From positions 1 to 13,256 of the forward strand of contig JBGPXN010000121.1 of the NCBI GenBank assembly GCA_041492755.1: 13,256 nt of DNA. Direction: 5' to 3'. Source of the DNA: Candidatus Methylomirabilia bacterium. Its GTDB lineage: Bacteria; Methylomirabilota; Methylomirabilia; Rokubacteriales; CSP1-6. How positions within the stretch are numbered: the stretch's first letter is position 1; the number at the start of each line of letters is the position of its first letter. Shown piece by piece: positions 11,999-13,256 of the stretch. The notes beneath the pieces are model-generated. The model worked only from the letters and a program-made list of their open reading frames with translations. It did not search any database and was not told the origin of the DNA. Position numbers and translations under genes: made by a program.

Positions 11999-12552
11999 GT
12001 CCGCGTCGAGGTGCGGCTCGGCGTCTTTGTCGACCGGAGGCTCTCGCCGGTCAGGGCCGACTCGTCGATCCGCAGCGCCGTGCAGCGGATGAGCCGGGCG
12101 TTCGCCGGCACCTGAACGCCCGCCTCCAGCAGGACGACGTCGCCGGGCACGAGGTCGGCCGCGGGGATGGTCGTCACCTGACCATCGCGGCGGACCCTCG
12201 CCTCGGGGACCACGAGCGCCCGCAGGCGCGCCAGCGAGCGGCGGGCGCGCCACTCCGTGACGAACCCGATGACGGCGTTGAGGAGCAGCGCGGCGAGGAT
12301 GACGAGGCCTTCCACGAGCTCGCCGAGCCCCATTGCGACGCCGGCGGCGACGAGCAGTAGGAGCACGACGAGGCTCTCGAACTGTGAGACGGCCAGTCGC
12401 CAGAGCGAGGTCTCGCGTGCCGCCGCGACCCGGTTTGGCCCCACGCGGGTCAGACCGCTTCGCGCCTGGGAGGATGTCAGGCCGCGCTCGATGTCGGTCC
12501 CGAGTAACGCGGCCACGCGCCCGGCGTCGAGCGCATGCCACGGGGCAGTCAT
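11999..12552 (-). pseudogene. P-type (P2) cation-transporting ATPase, frameshifted and truncated
   Basis: WHAL...GLTSSQA...GPN, two TM helices, ARVRRDG, LVPGDVVLLEAG, IDESALTGES. A 1-nt loss near 12036 shifts LPVDKDAEP out of frame. No DKTGT motif or later domains. Confidence 0.88.
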
Positions 12553-12686
12553 CCTCTTCCCGGTGAGGATCGGAGCAGACGTGGCGTCCGAGCGGGGGTG
12601 TCCTCGCAGCGCCGCCCTGCGGCGCGAATGCCCCAGTGGGGAACCCGCGGCTCATGGCAAACTTCTGGAATCACGGAGCTCGATCG

Positions 12687-12702
12687 TGGCAGTGTCATTG
12701 CA
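12687..12702 (+). promoter_or_regulatory. Putative sigma54 -24/-12 promoter for pal
   Basis: TGGCAGTGTCATTGCA, a close match to TGGCAC-N5-TTGCW. Confidence 0.7.
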
Positions 12703-12755
12703 GTCTGCATACGCGCCATGAATTCGACGTACGCACCGATAGGGAGGGAGCGCCC

Positions 12756-13256
12756 ATGAGACGCCGGAGATCTCAGCTCGTCGTCGCCCTGCTGGCGATG
12801 CTGCTCGCCGCGGCCTGCGCCAAGCGTCCGGCGATGACCCAGACGGCTGCCCCCCCGCCGACCGGTGCTGCCGTGACGGCGGCCCCCCCGGCCCCGGCTC
12901 CGGCGGCGCCCGTCGCGCCTCCGGCGCCCGCGCCTCCGGCCACGGCCCCTCCGATGGTCGCGGCCCCGCCGGCCCCCGCGCCGCGCCCCGAGCCGGCTGA
13001 GTTCAAGAGCATCCTGGAGCTACGCGATGTCTTCTTCGACTTCGACAAGCACACGATCAGGCCGGACGGCGCCCGCCTGCTCGACGCCAACGTCGACTGG
13101 CTGAAGGCGAATGCCTCGGCGCTGATCCTGATCGAGGGCCACTGCGACGAGCGCGGGACGAACGCCTACAACCTGGCACTCGGCGAGCGCCGGGCCAGCG
13201 CCACGCTGGACTACCTCGTGGCGCGCGGCGTGGCCGCGACGCGGATCACCGTCATC
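12756..13256 (+). CDS. pal: Peptidoglycan-associated lipoprotein (OmpA-like C domain), 3'-partial
   Basis: Not in the ORF track. Signal MRRRRSQLVVALLAMLLAAAC with lipobox Cys21, a Pro/Ala linker, then VFFDFDK and IEGHCDERGTNAYNLALGERRA. GGAGG RBS. Confidence 0.92.
   Translation, partial: MRRRRSQLVVALLAMLLAAACAKRPAMTQTAAPPPTGAAVTAAPPAPAPAAPVAPPAPAPPATAPPMVAAPPAPAPRPEPAEFKSILELRDVFFDFDKHTIRPDGARLLDANVDWLKANASALILIEGHCDERGTNAYNLALGERRASATLDYLVARGVAATRITVI

Noticed and set aside
12618..12633. Possible sigma54 motif for the ATPase pseudogene (minus strand GGGCATTCGCGCCGCA)
   Set aside because: Spacing is correct but the -12 element lacks the T of TGC; too weak in GC-rich DNA.
12850..12990. Repetitive GCCCC/CCGGC tract
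   Set aside because: Explained by the Pro/Ala linker codons of Pal, not an independent repeat.

Overview
A very GC-rich bacterial window from a diderm (it carries a Pal lipoprotein). The gene style suggests Ca. Rokubacteria/Methylomirabilota, but that is only an impression. It looks like a stress/dormancy island. Stress-type genes: three universal stress proteins (USPs; two are paralogs with an unusual C-terminal Cys4 zinc-ribbon tail), a triple-BON protein, a CBS-domain gene, a GYD protein, two small Cys-containing proteins, an acyl-CoA synthetase and a P-type ATPase remnant. Embedded among them is an intact DNA-metabolism set: PolX-PHP coupled by an ATGA overlap to NAD-dependent ligase LigA, and a B12-dependent class II ribonucleotide reductase (NrdJ) coupled to one USP-Zn gene. 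Four transcription units have sigma54-type -24/-12 motifs upstream, two of them nearly identical. Several accessory genes are decayed (CBS deletion, P-type ATPase frameshift and truncation, an MFS fragment). A chain of CCATGA-coupled mini-ORFs follows the second USP-Zn gene. I saw no RNA genes, CRISPR arrays or transposases.
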